DNA of 64,000 nt from positions 15,006,001-15,070,000 of the forward strand of contig NW_024704743.1 of the NCBI RefSeq assembly GCF_018977255.1, written 5' to 3'. The notes under the pieces are model-generated. The model did not search any database, was not told the origin of the DNA, and saw only the letters and a program-made list of their open reading frames with translations. The translations under genes and the position numbers were made by a program. Position 1 is the stretch's first letter, and each line of letters begins with the position of its first letter. Below, one piece after another: positions 48,901-59,858 of the stretch. This DNA is from Callorhinchus milii. Lineage: Eukaryota.

Positions 48901-51900
48901 TTGGGTGGCTCTTCCAAAGAGCCAACACAGGCACGATGGGCCGAATGATGGCCTCCTTCTGTGCTGTAATATTCTATAATAAGTGGGAAAGTAAGGACAG
49001 TATACTAAACATTTGGTTCTGTATTTAATTATATACTTGAATTACACATCATTCTTTACTGCACTCTTCAAATCTTTTAGAAAATGAAAATGTAAAGGAA
49101 ACCATGTGATAATCAAGTTCAATCCAGATAATCAAATTAGTTCAGTTTTTGGAATGGTTCATTGACCCCAACATGGGAACAGGTTTGAAAAATACTTTAG
49201 AAAGAAATGCTTATTACTCAGAGGTGAAAACAATAATGCATTTATAAAGGCCAAATTTCTCAATAGGGGAAAACTATAATAATAAAAAAAATCTTATTCA
49301 AATCTCATTGGTTTCAAAAAAGAGGGTAATATCTTACTAACTAAACTTTGTAAACCAACTTAGTGTAATGTGATTCATAAATACGCCAAACCCAAAGCAA
49401 CTCCATATACTAATTGACTCCTTCTGTCTTACCTTGGGTAGATTTTCCTTATACTGGCATTGTTTGTAGGCATCACCATAGTAATCTGCAGCTTGATTAG
49501 CTAGTTTAGCTATTATTGCATCTTTCATTTTATCTGTAAGACAGAGGTTTCAATAGCGACTTAGATGAAAATAACCACTGACTGTCTTGGTTTTCCCCAG
49601 CCCTTAATACAATCTAATAAAAAAAGTTAGGCTTTATTGGACCCAAACCTAGCTATTTAGAAAGGTGCAAGATCACATTTCCAAAACGTTCTCAAGTTCC
49701 AAAACATCAACACTGATGGTACAATTCTGTACTCCATTCTATTGGCTACAAAGTATCCAAGATACGCAAGAATAAAGCGATTACTTCTCAGGTATCACAA
49801 AACAAATGCCGGAAACCTCATTGTTGGCTGAGTCCAATATCCCATAATAATATTACTTACTTGATATTGCACATTATATTGTCAAGACGTCTCAAAGCGC
49901 TTCACTAAATATACTGTAATGTGAGTTGACTGTATATTTTGTGGCTGAAATGCAGCAGCTAATTGGGCACAGCAGCGTCTGACAGACAGTTGTGGAATGA
50001 GCGACCAAATTATTGTTCTTTTTTTGGAAGGGGTTATTACCCCCGGAAAGCGATCCGCCAATCTACTAACAACTGAATTTCTTATTGCGAGCAACAACAT
50101 TATATGTGAGGCACAAACAAATGGCCAATTTCTGCCCCACACTGATGCCACTTCCAGTGCACAGGATATATTGCTAATGTCATATGCTGTACATGCACAG
50201 AAAACGCCACAATCACTTCTCTTATAAAGTGGAGGTGCGAAGCTGACAACTGCTAAGCTACGCTTACTGCAATAAAATGCTAAAATTTAGTTTGCTGAAC
50301 ATATCAACAACAACAAGATTACACTGAAAGAGCGCCTTTCACGTCGGGAGGACATCCCAAAGCGCTGGAATGAAATGAAAATGTACTGAATGAAAAAAAA
50401 CTTCTAAAAAGTGTAAACAACAATGGCAAAACTTTTAAAGAATGCTAATAAATATTTAACCAGATGATATTTTAGGATGGTAATAGAATAGCTAAACAAA
50501 ACAACATCTAAACATGAATATTTATTTACCCAAGTTGTTTAGCACTGACACACCTGAATTTCAGTTGACATTAACAAATCCATTACATACAAAAAAAAGT
50601 AACATTTACCAGCAGTTGCTTTAAGGAAAAACACTTCCTGTGCTTGAGCCAGCATTATCAGACTGAGGGTGCCGACTGTATCTGGAGAGATGTCCATAGT
50701 GGGCTCCCGATTCAATGCTGACAACACGGTATCCTTGATCTGTTGAAATGCTCCACTACTGAACTGTTGAGAGGGAAGAGGAAAACAAATCACTTTTTTT
50801 TTTACATTATCAGTAACATTTAAGAAGCAGGAGTAGTTGTATTTTCTAAATTGGTCAGCCAGGTGTCCAATACATACGGAAACAAATTATCATCCTTAAG
50901 AGTATCCAAATCAAACTAATGAGAGTACCACACATTTTCATTTGCCTGGAATAGAGTACACACTATCTATCCCCTGTTTACCTAATCCCAGAAAGTGCAA
51001 GGGGCAGTTAGCAAGTACCAAGGCTTGGGGAACCAAGAGTCCATTGGAACACAGTAATACTCACACAAATTGCATCAGCCAGGATTATAACATTTAATAT
51101 GACTTGCGCAAAGTCAAGAATTGCAGGCAAACTGTATAAATCGTATAAAATTCGATTGAATTAATAATCTACACTACTCATGCGTAATTTAATGCAACTG
51201 GTAAGTGCGCATGCCGTAATTTACCATTGCAGCCGTTAAGAGCACATGTATTAAATCACTCGATTCAATGCGTCTTGACCTGTCACAGCATGTGCACTAT
51301 GCAAACGTTGGAATTGCATTGAATCTCAGGAAACAAAGTTCTTCTGCGCATGCCTCAACGGATGAAGAAATTTCCTGCTTTATTAATTATCCATTAAGAT
51401 TTTTGTAATAACAAAACACCTGCATCAACAACATGCAATTTTTATTTACTTTCCAGATTTACATAAAGATGGACCCATCATTTTAAATAGGAATCAGTTA
51501 ATTTCATTTCAACCTCATTTATTCTACAAACCACTGGAGGACACTAACACGATCCATTTTAAGTCTCACACAGCCATAATGTTTCGCAGCGAGAAGTCAC
51601 AAAGGAAGATAAATTTAAAACAACAACTTGCATTTATATAGTGCCTTTCACGTGGGGTAGAGTCCCAGAGCGAGCGTTTGACAGTGGCGGAGTCTGACCC
51701 CAAGCCAGGGGGAGAGGGAGTGAGGAGGTGACCGTAAGCACGATCAAAAAGGTCTTTAGGTGGGATTTAAAAGTGGGGAGGGAGAGGCCAAGGCGGAGGG
51801 ATTAAAGAAGGGAGTTTCAGAGCTTCGGGGCATAGTGGCCGAAAGCACAGCTGCCAATGGTGGAGCAGAGGGGGCGAGGGATGAACAGGAGAGCAGATGG

Positions 51901-54900
51901 TGGAGTGGGGCTGAGCAAGTCGGAAAGGTAGGTAGGTGCGAGGGCATGAAGAGATGTGAAAACGACTTGCGAGGATCTTGAAGTCGATCCCGTTCGGTAA
52001 TTGGGCACCAGTTATTGGGTAATTGGGCACTGTGATGGGGGTCCGGAGTTTTGGGTCAGTTAGCACCCGGGTGGCAGAGATCTGAATTAACTGAATTTTA
52101 TGTATGGTGGAACTCGGGAGACCAGTGAGGAGGGCATTTGAAAAGTCCAGCCGGGAAGTGACAAAGGCCTGGACGAGGGTCTCGGCTGCTGTGGATGTGA
52201 GGTACGGATGTGAGCGGGCAATGTGGCGATGGTGGAAAAAAGCGGTGAGGGAATGGATGGGGAGTAAGGAAAGCTGTGGATCGAACCTGACACCTAAATT
52301 CCGCACAGGTTCAATGAGTCTCAGGGAGAGCCTGGGGAGGTTGAGGAGTTCTGACCCGCAGGAAGGATGTTGACGAGAGCCAAAGAATATGCACTCATCC
52401 GGGCCTTGATGTCTGTCAGACAGCTGCATGCATTAATATCTATTATTCCATTAACAGCGATCCCAAAAAAAATACTCTTTAAAAAAGCAACGTCAAAGAA
52501 CAAATGCAAAGGAATTGTCAGATGTGCATTTGCAACGAAAAACTCCCTACATACCAATCCTCTAATCTCGCTTCTTCCATCAAATAACAGTGCATTCAGG
52601 AAGTTTCCCTCCCAAACAAATGGAGGAGGGGAAAGAAAAATAATGAAACACTGAAGGTTTTCTGCAGGCTGTAATCAAATGCATCTTAGCCCTATAATGA
52701 CATTGCTTGGGCATTTTTTTTTCCTTTGAATAAAATAATTCATGTTTCCCTACTGAGCAAAGTTCTGTGCTGGTGATTGGCTTTATGGCATTCACATACC
52801 ACGACATGTAAAACACATAACAATGAGCTGGTCTATCTTCTACTCTAATTTGCGAGACAGGAAGTAATTTAGGATAACAGCAGAGCCAATAATAGTGGAC
52901 AATGAGGGCTTTATTGTGGAGTCCTCTAGCTCAGTGGTTAGGGCACTCGTCTCGCAAGCAAGAGACCTGGGTTCGATACCCGGCGGGGCGAAACATTGGG
53001 CAAGTTTCCTTATTCCACACACCTGTTTGCCTAGCAGTAAGTAGGAAACTGGTTGTTAGTCGATTGGCAGATCGCTTTACCGGGATAATAATTACTTTTA
53101 AAAAATGGTCACTATTATGCCAGCGATCTTGCTATAATTTAATGGGATATCATGGTTAAGCCGTCACAAGAAGCACACAAATTAGCAAACATAAAATGTA
53201 TCAATAATATGGAGTAAAATGCAGGAAATGTTTTTTAAAAATGCAGGATCACTCCCCATACAGTATAAAAAATGCATCATTATAAAATATAAGATGTTCA
53301 CCAATCCTAAATAGAATTTTCCTAATCTACCACAAAACCCTGTGAAGGGTAGGGAGATAGAAGACACGGTCAAAGAGGAAGGTCAGGAAGGGCCTTGAAG
53401 GAGTCAAGGGAGGGAGCGAGGCTGAGGGATTCCTGGTTAGAGTTCCAGAGGGTGGCGGCAGAAAAGCTGAAGGCCTGACCACCAATGGTGGGGAGTTATG
53501 GAGCGCAGTGGCTGCCGAGCAGAGGTTCTGAATAATCTGCAGCTTGAGAAGGCAAGAGTTGAGAAGAGCAGGGAGTCAGCCTAGTCGAGACCTGGACATA
53601 TGAATGCATGGAGGGGGGTTTCAGCAGCCTGAGAGGAGAGGCAGTGGCAGAGTTAGGCAATGTTGCAAAGGTGGGGAAAGGCAGAACATGTCGTGATCTG
53701 GGGTTTAAAGCATAGTTGAGGGTCGAACAGGACACCAAGGTTGCACACTGGCTCTGTGAGATGGAGAGTGCATCCACAAAGTGATGCTGTTAGTGTCTGA
53801 GGTGAGGAGGCTCTGACAAGAGCCAAGCAGCAGGCCCTCCATCTTATCAACATTCAACGAGAGTAAATTTGCATCCAGGACTTGATGTCTGACAGACAAT
53901 ATGCCAGCACAGCAGTGGTCCTTGAGTTGAGGGTGGAGGCAGCGAGAGGTAGAGCAGGGCATCATTAGCATGTATGTGGAAATTAACCCCATTACTTGTA
54001 TATCAGAGCGGGAGCATGTAAATATTAATGCAGAGCAGACGAAGGACAGAGAATATTTGAACCAAACCTAACTGAGCATGTGTCAAGCCAGGCTTATCCA
54101 AATCTAATTACCATCTTGAGCTGATATTAGCATACATCAGCTCAAAAGAAACCCTTTTTTCACCCAACACATTGGTCAGTGTCTACTAAAATCTTGCTAG
54201 ATTTGGCTTGAAGATTCTCTTATGACCCACAAGCTTCCATAATGAAATATCCAATACCTGCTCACTAAAGCGACTTCCCAAACAGCTGAAACCAGACATC
54301 TTCAAACACACATACGGAGAAGCTTTAGCTCTCAGCAATATCTTTTCCCATGTGTTCAAGACACCATTGCATGGCACTAAAGCGTGACTGTCAGGGCAAT
54401 ATTATGCAAGCCAACTTGCAAAACAATCCCTATTATCGAAAAATTTGTGCAGCCCACATGAATATATGACCCAAGTGAAATGACAGGCCAAAATACCCAA
54501 CAGGAATTCTTCCCTTATTAATCCAGCTGTTTGAAATCCTTCGTAAGGGGATACTAATAATAATCCTTGCATTTGATAATGCGCCATTCACATTGAGGCA
54601 TTCTCAAAGAGCTTCACAGGATTTAGTGTAAAGTATAATGAATGTACATTTTGTAGACGAATGAGTTCCCCACATTATTTCCAAAGGAAAAACTGTTCGC
54701 AGGCTGAGCAAACAGAGCTCATTAGCTGTAATACAAACCTTGTAAATCCGGCCAAACCTCAAAACCCATAGTACAAACTCGCACAGATTTTCTAAATATT
54801 TATGTTGTTTATATTGGAGGAATGAGTTGGAAGTATGAAAACGACATGATTGAAGAAACAGCCAGAATTCTTGCTTGTAGCCAATTGCTCAACGCACAAG

Positions 54901-57268
54901 TTACTAGGAGAGGCACATTAATTACTTATGAAATGCCAAGAGTCAGTAGAGGAGATCTAGATGTCAGCATGCTGTGCCCAGAAGGTCAGAATCCTTTCTC
55001 CCAGCACTTTTAGAGAAAATTAAGTATTGCACCTGTCAAGTTCCGGAGCTGCTGCCCAGTAATGCGCCATATCAGTACCATAATCCATACAGATCAGAAG
55101 CTCACAGGTTCAAAACTGTTTGTCTCCTCAGTTAATGTCAAGGAAAGCAGAAGGTGATGCCAGTAATGGGGGGGAGGAGAAAAGAGAAAAGTGTGGAAAT
55201 GGCAGGGTTCCCACTCGTGATCTGATGAGAAGTACACATGCATCGATGTGAAGCTGAGGTTTCTTGATGCCTGATGAAATGAAACTTGTTCTATCCTTGG
55301 AACCTGGTAGCCTTTCAGTCAGAGGATACACTCACACCAAACACTTTTCAATGTTGTGCAATTGTGCTCATCAGTTCAAAGCACATCTGAAACATGCTGG
55401 CATCAAATGGAGGCTAAGCAAAAGTCAACAGGACTGAAACACACCGTTATAACCTTACCTGGATGCTACTGAGGCACACCAAGCACCATACAGATAAAAT
55501 GGCATATTTCACAAATACGATTACATTTTTTATCAAGTAACACAAACAAAAGGCCTCACTTTCCTAGTGTTTAAGATTACTTACACAGTAGGAAGGAGAA
55601 GACCAATTATGCAGTTTAGAACTAATCTGTATAAATGGTGTGTGGGGGTGAGGGAGAAAAAAAAGAGAACAGAACTGTGCTAAGCTGTGCTAAAGTGTGC
55701 TTATGGATGTGGCAATTGATATCTGAAGAAAGAAGTATAATTAAACAATTTTATTAAATTGCCCGAGTAAAATACATACAAAATGTACAAGAAATAAGTT
55801 TGGTCCAAAGAAAGCTAGCAACCTAATCACTGCAATCCAACAACCGTGGTCATGGTCACAAACTGTAGTTGAGAACAAATATCCCAGACATCATAGTGTG
55901 CCTATTATAGAATTGCACAGGGCGGTCAGTGTCTCCTCACTGGACCAATCAACTTTAATCTCACATCCCTGTTTTCCTACAAATACAATTATCTTTCTTC
56001 AAGTCTCCATACATTTTAATATTTTCAAGTATTTATCCAATTCCCTTTTAAACCATATAATGAACTCAGCTCCAATTGCCATTTTGTTGTACAGAAGACA
56101 CAATTAATACCAAAGGCAAAGATTATTATTACTATACTGTGTAATAATTATCAGCGCCTTCCTCTAATCTTCCCCTCTTTCCAGAACTTTAGAGAATGTC
56201 AAGAAGAAACAGGACCAAAGGAATGCAAACTTGTTCACAATCATAAAGTAAAAAAAAATATTCACTGATAAGTCTGGATAGCATTTGATCACCTTTCTTC
56301 TTTGAGGCATGAAGCCTCAATAATCATATATTTGGCTAATAGGGAACTTAACTGGAAGCTTGGATTAAGCCACAAGGTAATAACCAAAGCCTAACTATTG
56401 GATTGCAAAGTTCACCCTTCACATTCACCCTTTACTTCACATAAAAATAACATTTTATTTGTATCATTTGGCGTTATTTGATAACCAAAAAGCTCTTTTA
56501 CCTGATAATATTTAGCTGCCGCCTTCAATCCTTCATCATTCTCCAGATTCTGTTCTGCTGCAATCTGGCTAGCAAGTGCTCCAGCATTGAACAGCACACA
56601 GCTCTTTTCATATCCCAAACTACAAAGGGCTGCAAGCAGATGTAAAAGAAAACATACAATGAGGAGGAAAGAAAGTTGGGAGAGGGGGTAGCTGTCTAAA
56701 GAGGTACATTTAAAAAGAGGAAATTCACATTGGCTCTATCAATACTGAAGTACTAATAGTTCCCTTTTTCAGCTGTACGGTATTACTGTAGGGAAACGCT
56801 ATGGGGAAGAGGAGGAAGTCATCAGAATTGCAGTACTGGGGATGGTGTTGGAGCTCACCACCTCCTAGCATAGCCAAAAACACCAGGAAACAGTTTTGTT
56901 CACCGATATTGCTGATTTGAGGATTTACAATTAACAATAAATCTAGTCAACAACAACAACAAAATTATATTTATAGAGTGCCCTTCACATCAGGAGGACG
57001 TCCCAAAGCGCTGAACAGTTAGGTGTCGGGGCCCGAGCATGGGGGAGGGGTGGTGTAGGGGTGAGGGAAGATAGAGAGGTGGGAGGAAGACCAAAGGCAC
57101 GGTCGAAGAGAAGGGTCTTGAGACCGGCTTTGAAGGAGGCAAGGGAGGAAGCGAGGTGAAGGGACCATGGGATGAAGTTCCAGAGTGTGGGGGCAGAGAG
57201 GCTGAAAGCTCGGCCACCGATGTTAGGGCGGGTCGGCCGGGAGACATGGAGCAGGTCATATATCACAA

Positions 57269-57299
<31 letters not shown>

Positions 57300-59858
57300 A
57301 ACAAATACCACAAATCAGAACGCCACACCAAGATTCAACAGAAACAGCTTTCCAACATCAAAAGTATAATAACTGTAAATACTTACCAAGCTTAACAGAT
57401 CCTCCAAACAAAGATCCTTTGTCAAATGCATCTTTCCAGGTAAAAGTTATACAAATCTTTGAATTAAAAAAAAGAAAAAGTAAGCTCCCAAAACAATCAA
57501 GTTATTCACAAAACACAAATATTTTAACACTGATTTACATTTATTATTAAATAAAACTATCTGCCCGAGTCCTTTCAACAAGTTGCAGGGAATGCTCAGA
57601 TTTTCAGTTACAACATAGCACCTCCCTACTTCTCCAACCTGCTCACACACCTTTGCTCTGCCCCCCGAACCCCTGCGTATAACAATCATTAGTGATTCCT
57701 TCATCCTCCGGAATGCCTCTGGAACTCCCTACGACAACCCCTCAGCCTCACCCCATCTTCTTATGCTCTATCTCTTTGACTGCGCCTACGTTCATCTCCC
57801 TCTCCCCTTTCTTCCTTGCTTGGCATCCAACCACTGTGCAGCAATCGAAGAAGCTATCCTGCATGAAGGGTGCTATCTATATACCTGCAAGGTATTGTTG
57901 TTTGAATACAAAGCAATTTGCTCATATGGAAATTTGACTCCCAAGATTACCATAAATCCAAACAATTGACAAAAAGAGCCAACTCCAGAGAACATACAAG
58001 TGGTGAATTGGGAGACCACCAATAAAATAATTTAGAATTTTTTTATTTCGTTTTTCTCAAGACCAACATCTCAAGACTAGGCCAGCATTTTTTGAAGTTT
58101 GTAACTAACCAACTTTTCTGCCATCATTTTACTAAAAATAAAATCAAAGATAGTCCAGTAGGCCAGTGTGAACCACAGTGATAAATTACTCTCTTTAAAA
58201 CTGGTTAGACTTCAAACTTTGAAGCAGTGTGCAGAAATATGACTGACCAAATAGGAAAGTACAACCTGCTGTTATGCCCCAGCTCTTGAATCAGTCATGA
58301 GTAAACAAAGAAATACAAATCAAATCACGAGCTTCCCCATCTAGAGATCACTTGCAATCACATTACAAAACTCAGCACAAACTGGAGATGGAACCTGAGA
58401 CTTTGCTCATTGGCCAACTGGACTACTCTATAATGAAGGATGATTCAGCATCTAATGGTTGTTTGCTTCATGCTAGGGTGTGAAACAATTCAGTTATGCT
58501 TTGAAGTCAGCTGACTGCATGATTCATTGAGCCCAAGCTCCATACTGGAAAGGCAACTGCAACTGGAAATGAGCACACCACCTTATTAAAGCAACATGTG
58601 TCAACTTCCACAAGATATTAGACAAGAAAATAATATACATATCTATAATATTTGTATTTTATAAACCAACTACAACATTGAAACATCAACGAATTCCATT
58701 GGCCATCAAATGTAGCAACTATGTACTTTGTAGGCCAAATATGTCAGCATACAAAAGACCCACAACCAGCCATGAAATGAAAGACCAATATTTCTGGAGC
58801 ATTGTTTTGCCATGCACACCAGAATAAACTCCCTTCTCTTTTCAAATAGAGTCATATGATCTTTACATCCACCTGAACAAGCAGATAGGACCATGATTTA
58901 ACATCTCATTCGAAGGACACTGTCTCCTACAATGTAAAATTCAGATGTTTCTTACTATCCAAGAATATTAAGACATGTAGGACAGCTCTTTTTTGGAGGT
59001 TGGTCAGCAGATTTCTAACATGGAGGCACCCATCACCATGCTTAAAACTAGGATGAGAGTGGTACTGTAATTGCGTCAGCCACACATGGAAATTGCTGTG
59101 TCTGGAATGGAATGTGTACTCTCTCCCTGGAGGGAAGCACCCGACTGACCTAATTCCGGAGCAGATTGGCAAGAGCTTCAATAATAATTAAACTGCCATT
59201 TTTAATCAAATGATACATCAAGGCCAATTATGTTTAATAGGGTTCTTGCAATTACAGTGCAGTCACATTATAACGCACTTTGTTATAGCACTGGTTTGCC
59301 TATAAGGCAGGTGCTCTGTTGACTTCCTAGTCTGCTCATTGCTATCAATGTACAACCTAATCTGCTCGCAGTAGTTGGCTTGATTGTGCATCACATCAAT
59401 GCATAACCTAACGTGCTATTAAGAATAAGTTAAGTTTTCTTTTGCAAGGCTGGTGGCTTTCTGTGCACATGTTCAGCACGTAGGAAGTGATGTCAACAGC
59501 AACGTGATGCCCCGGAACTTGGCTTTTTCAGAGCAGGAAGCTGGCTGGATTTCTGTGGCATGCAGTGAAGTCAACTGTCATGTTGACCGCAATGCAGAAG
59601 CACAAACCAGTGATCGTGCCTCAACATAGCATCTTAACACAGGTGGCGGTATTATGGACCCCAACTGTTGTAAAACAGCTACACTCTACTCAATTAACTA
59701 CTCAATAGTTAATATTAAGCCCCAATCTCCACACACAATAAGCGAGGTAAGAAGCTCTTTAAAAAATGCTAAACATGTATAGAAAAATATAACATTTTTA
59801 TACCTGGTTTTCTGAGAATGGAAACTTCGGCTCAATAGCACATAGCTGATCATAATAC
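30756..59858 (-). CDS. PDCD6IP: PDCD6IP/ALIX (BRO1 domain, V domain, proline-rich domain), coding exons 2-18; 5'-partial, exon 1 outside window
   Basis: 17 GT-AG exons of 55,70,128,154,101,117,223,124,178,112,170,249,135,95,133,176,181 nt join in frame; translation runs from [18 protein letters not shown] to PYYQQ* and is recognisably vertebrate ALIX. Confidence 0.98.
30993..31025 (+). repeat. Poly-G tract
   Basis: Long G runs interrupted only by t, aa and c. Confidence 0.85.
31415..31625 (-). mobile_element. L2 3' fragment (intron 17)
   Basis: caacaacttgcacttatatagtgcc tail; ttgaaggaggcaaggga motif. Confidence 0.75.
31715..31800 (+). mobile_element. Penelope-like element terminal fragment with decayed hammerhead ribozyme core
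   Basis: CTCACGA-aAGGTtatcgACCT-GAAAC followed by tctctccatagatgctgcctgacctgc, which I recall from fish/shark Penelope-type ends. Confidence 0.55.
32696..32871 (-). CDS. PDCD6IP: PDCD6IP exon 17 ([15 protein letters not shown]...[15 protein letters not shown])
   Basis: 176 nt; tccag acceptor, gtaagt donor; PARPPPP and GPPY motifs. Confidence 0.94.
34030..34424 (+). mobile_element. DeuSINE (SacSINE1/AmnSINE-like), near full length
   Basis: gaaggttgtaggttcaag head; Deu domain cggatgagatgttaaaccgaagccc...gatcccaaggcactatttgaa; gctgtttgtggga... Confidence 0.78.
34610..34742 (-). CDS. PDCD6IP: PDCD6IP exon 16 ([22 protein letters not shown]...PTPAPRTVF)
   Basis: 133 nt; tatag acceptor, gtaagt donor; PSAP and PTPAPR motifs. 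Confidence 0.93.
35713..35808. repeat. ~96-bp imperfect inverted repeat (foldback) in PDCD6IP intron 15
   Basis: ACTTCCAAGTCATCAGGTC...ATCATTTACT pairs with AGTAAATGAT...GACCCGATGACCTGGAAGT. Confidence 0.75.
35991..36085 (-). CDS. PDCD6IP: PDCD6IP exon 15 ([32 protein letters not shown])
   Basis: 95 nt; atag acceptor, gtaagt donor; V-domain FYNEL motif. Confidence 0.96.
37075..37209 (-). CDS. PDCD6IP: PDCD6IP exon 14 ([45 protein letters not shown])
   Basis: 135 nt; ctcag acceptor, gtgagt donor. Confidence 0.96.
38984..39232 (-). CDS. PDCD6IP: PDCD6IP exon 13 ([27 protein letters not shown]...EELLSSIQ)
   Basis: 249 nt; tatag acceptor, gtaaat donor. Confidence 0.96.
39877..40046 (-). CDS. 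PDCD6IP: PDCD6IP exon 12 ([16 protein letters not shown]...[10 protein letters not shown])
   Basis: 170 nt; ccaag acceptor, gtaaga donor. Confidence 0.95.
40559..40866 (-). mobile_element. Full-length tRNA-Ala-derived SINE (short-body), intron 11
   Basis: Near-identical to 28307-28634 in reverse complement. Confidence 0.88.
40884..41108 (-). mobile_element. DeuSINE-like 5' part with internal 19-bp tandem duplication
   Basis: ttggttttacatctcattc; (cacctc[t/c]gagaatgcagtt)x2; cccataaccttctga. Confidence 0.68.
41170..41281 (-). CDS. PDCD6IP: PDCD6IP exon 11 ([37 protein letters not shown])
   Basis: 112 nt; cttag acceptor, gtatgt donor. Confidence 0.96.
41509..41686 (-). CDS. PDCD6IP: PDCD6IP exon 10 ([16 protein letters not shown]...[10 protein letters not shown])
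   Basis: 178 nt; ctcag acceptor, gtaact donor. Confidence 0.96.
43206..43329 (-). CDS. PDCD6IP: PDCD6IP exon 9 ([42 protein letters not shown])
   Basis: 124 nt; tgtag acceptor, gtatgt donor. Confidence 0.96.
44829..45051 (-). CDS. PDCD6IP: PDCD6IP exon 8 ([16 protein letters not shown]...[14 protein letters not shown]...SQKFT)
   Basis: 223 nt; tacag acceptor, gtaaga donor; BRO1 patch-2 motif KDNDFIY. Confidence 0.97.
45115..45525 (-). mobile_element. L2 3' fragment (intron 7)
   Basis: Reverse strand reads [17 protein letters not shown]; partial tail. Confidence 0.78.
46331..46447 (-). CDS. PDCD6IP: PDCD6IP exon 7 ([39 protein letters not shown]); alternative acceptor extends it to 46462
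   Basis: 117 nt, phase 0-0; ttccag acceptor, gtaaat donor. Confidence 0.96.
46826..47265 (+). mobile_element. L2 3' fragment (intron 6)
   Basis: [28 protein letters not shown]...TLWNSIP; hairpin tail. Confidence 0.85.
47990..48230 (+). mobile_element. L2 3' fragment with B-type tail
   Basis: ttcaagtcccgcctgaaaacc; agtgctctgagacgc...gcactatataagtgcaagttgttgttg. Confidence 0.78.
48805..48980 (+). mobile_element. CR1 3' end
   Basis: ttcaaaagggaattggat...gcacgatgggccgaatg...ccttctgtgctgtaatattctat. Confidence 0.78.
49433..49533 (-). CDS. PDCD6IP: PDCD6IP exon 6 ([34 protein letters not shown])
   Basis: 101 nt; cag acceptor, gtaaga donor. Confidence 0.96.
49846..50095 (-). mobile_element. SINE (long-body) 3' half
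   Basis: gacgtctcaaagcgcttcac...gaaagcgatccgccaatc. Confidence 0.78.
50610..50763 (-). CDS. PDCD6IP: PDCD6IP exon 5 ([51 protein letters not shown])
   Basis: 154 nt; cag acceptor, gtaaat donor; within ORF 50539..50793. Confidence 0.96.
51620..52430 (-). mobile_element. L2 LINE 3' fragment (PDCD6IP intron 4)
   Basis: [13 protein letters not shown]...[21 protein letters not shown]; (CAA)n tail on plus strand. Confidence 0.88.
52916..53112 (+). mobile_element. SINE (long-body) 5' half
   Basis: gtggagtcctctagctcagtgg, loop CTCGCAA, B box GGTTCGATACC. Confidence 0.82.
53355..53992 (-). mobile_element. Decayed L2 LINE fragment
   Basis: [18 protein letters not shown] and L2-type 3' region. Confidence 0.8.
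56502..56629 (-). CDS. PDCD6IP: PDCD6IP exon 4 ([42 protein letters not shown])
   Basis: 128 nt; cag acceptor, gtaaaa donor; overlaps ORF 56412..56618. Confidence 0.96.
56948..57258 (-). mobile_element. Well-preserved L2 3' fragment (intron 3)
   Basis: [14 protein letters not shown]...[14 protein letters not shown]; intact hairpin and (CAA)n. Confidence 0.88.
57269..57298. repeat. Compound (AT)n(AC)n microsatellite
   Basis: Run of AT dinucleotides followed directly by AC dinucleotides. Confidence 0.9.
57387..57456 (-). CDS. PDCD6IP: PDCD6IP exon 3 ([23 protein letters not shown])
   Basis: 70 nt; aag acceptor, gtaagt donor; contains the BRO1 [10 protein letters not shown] loop. Confidence 0.96.
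57615..57900 (+). mobile_element. Decayed L2 3' fragment (intron 2)
   Basis: ctctggaactccct; tttgactgcgcctac; tail-like gagggtgctat...tgcaagg. Confidence 0.6.
58706..58928 (-). mobile_element. DeuSINE-like fragment
   Basis: ctcttttcaaatag...atctttacatccacctgaac...tttaacatctcattcgaagg. Confidence 0.68.
59255..59667. mobile_element. Possible Tigger/pogo-like MITE
   Basis: Left end TA|CAGTgcagtcacattataacgc; reverse complement of right end cagttggggtccataataccgc. Confidence 0.4.
59804..59858 (-). CDS. PDCD6IP: PDCD6IP exon 2 ([18 protein letters not shown])
   Basis: 55 nt; ttcag acceptor, gtataa donor. Confidence 0.95.
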
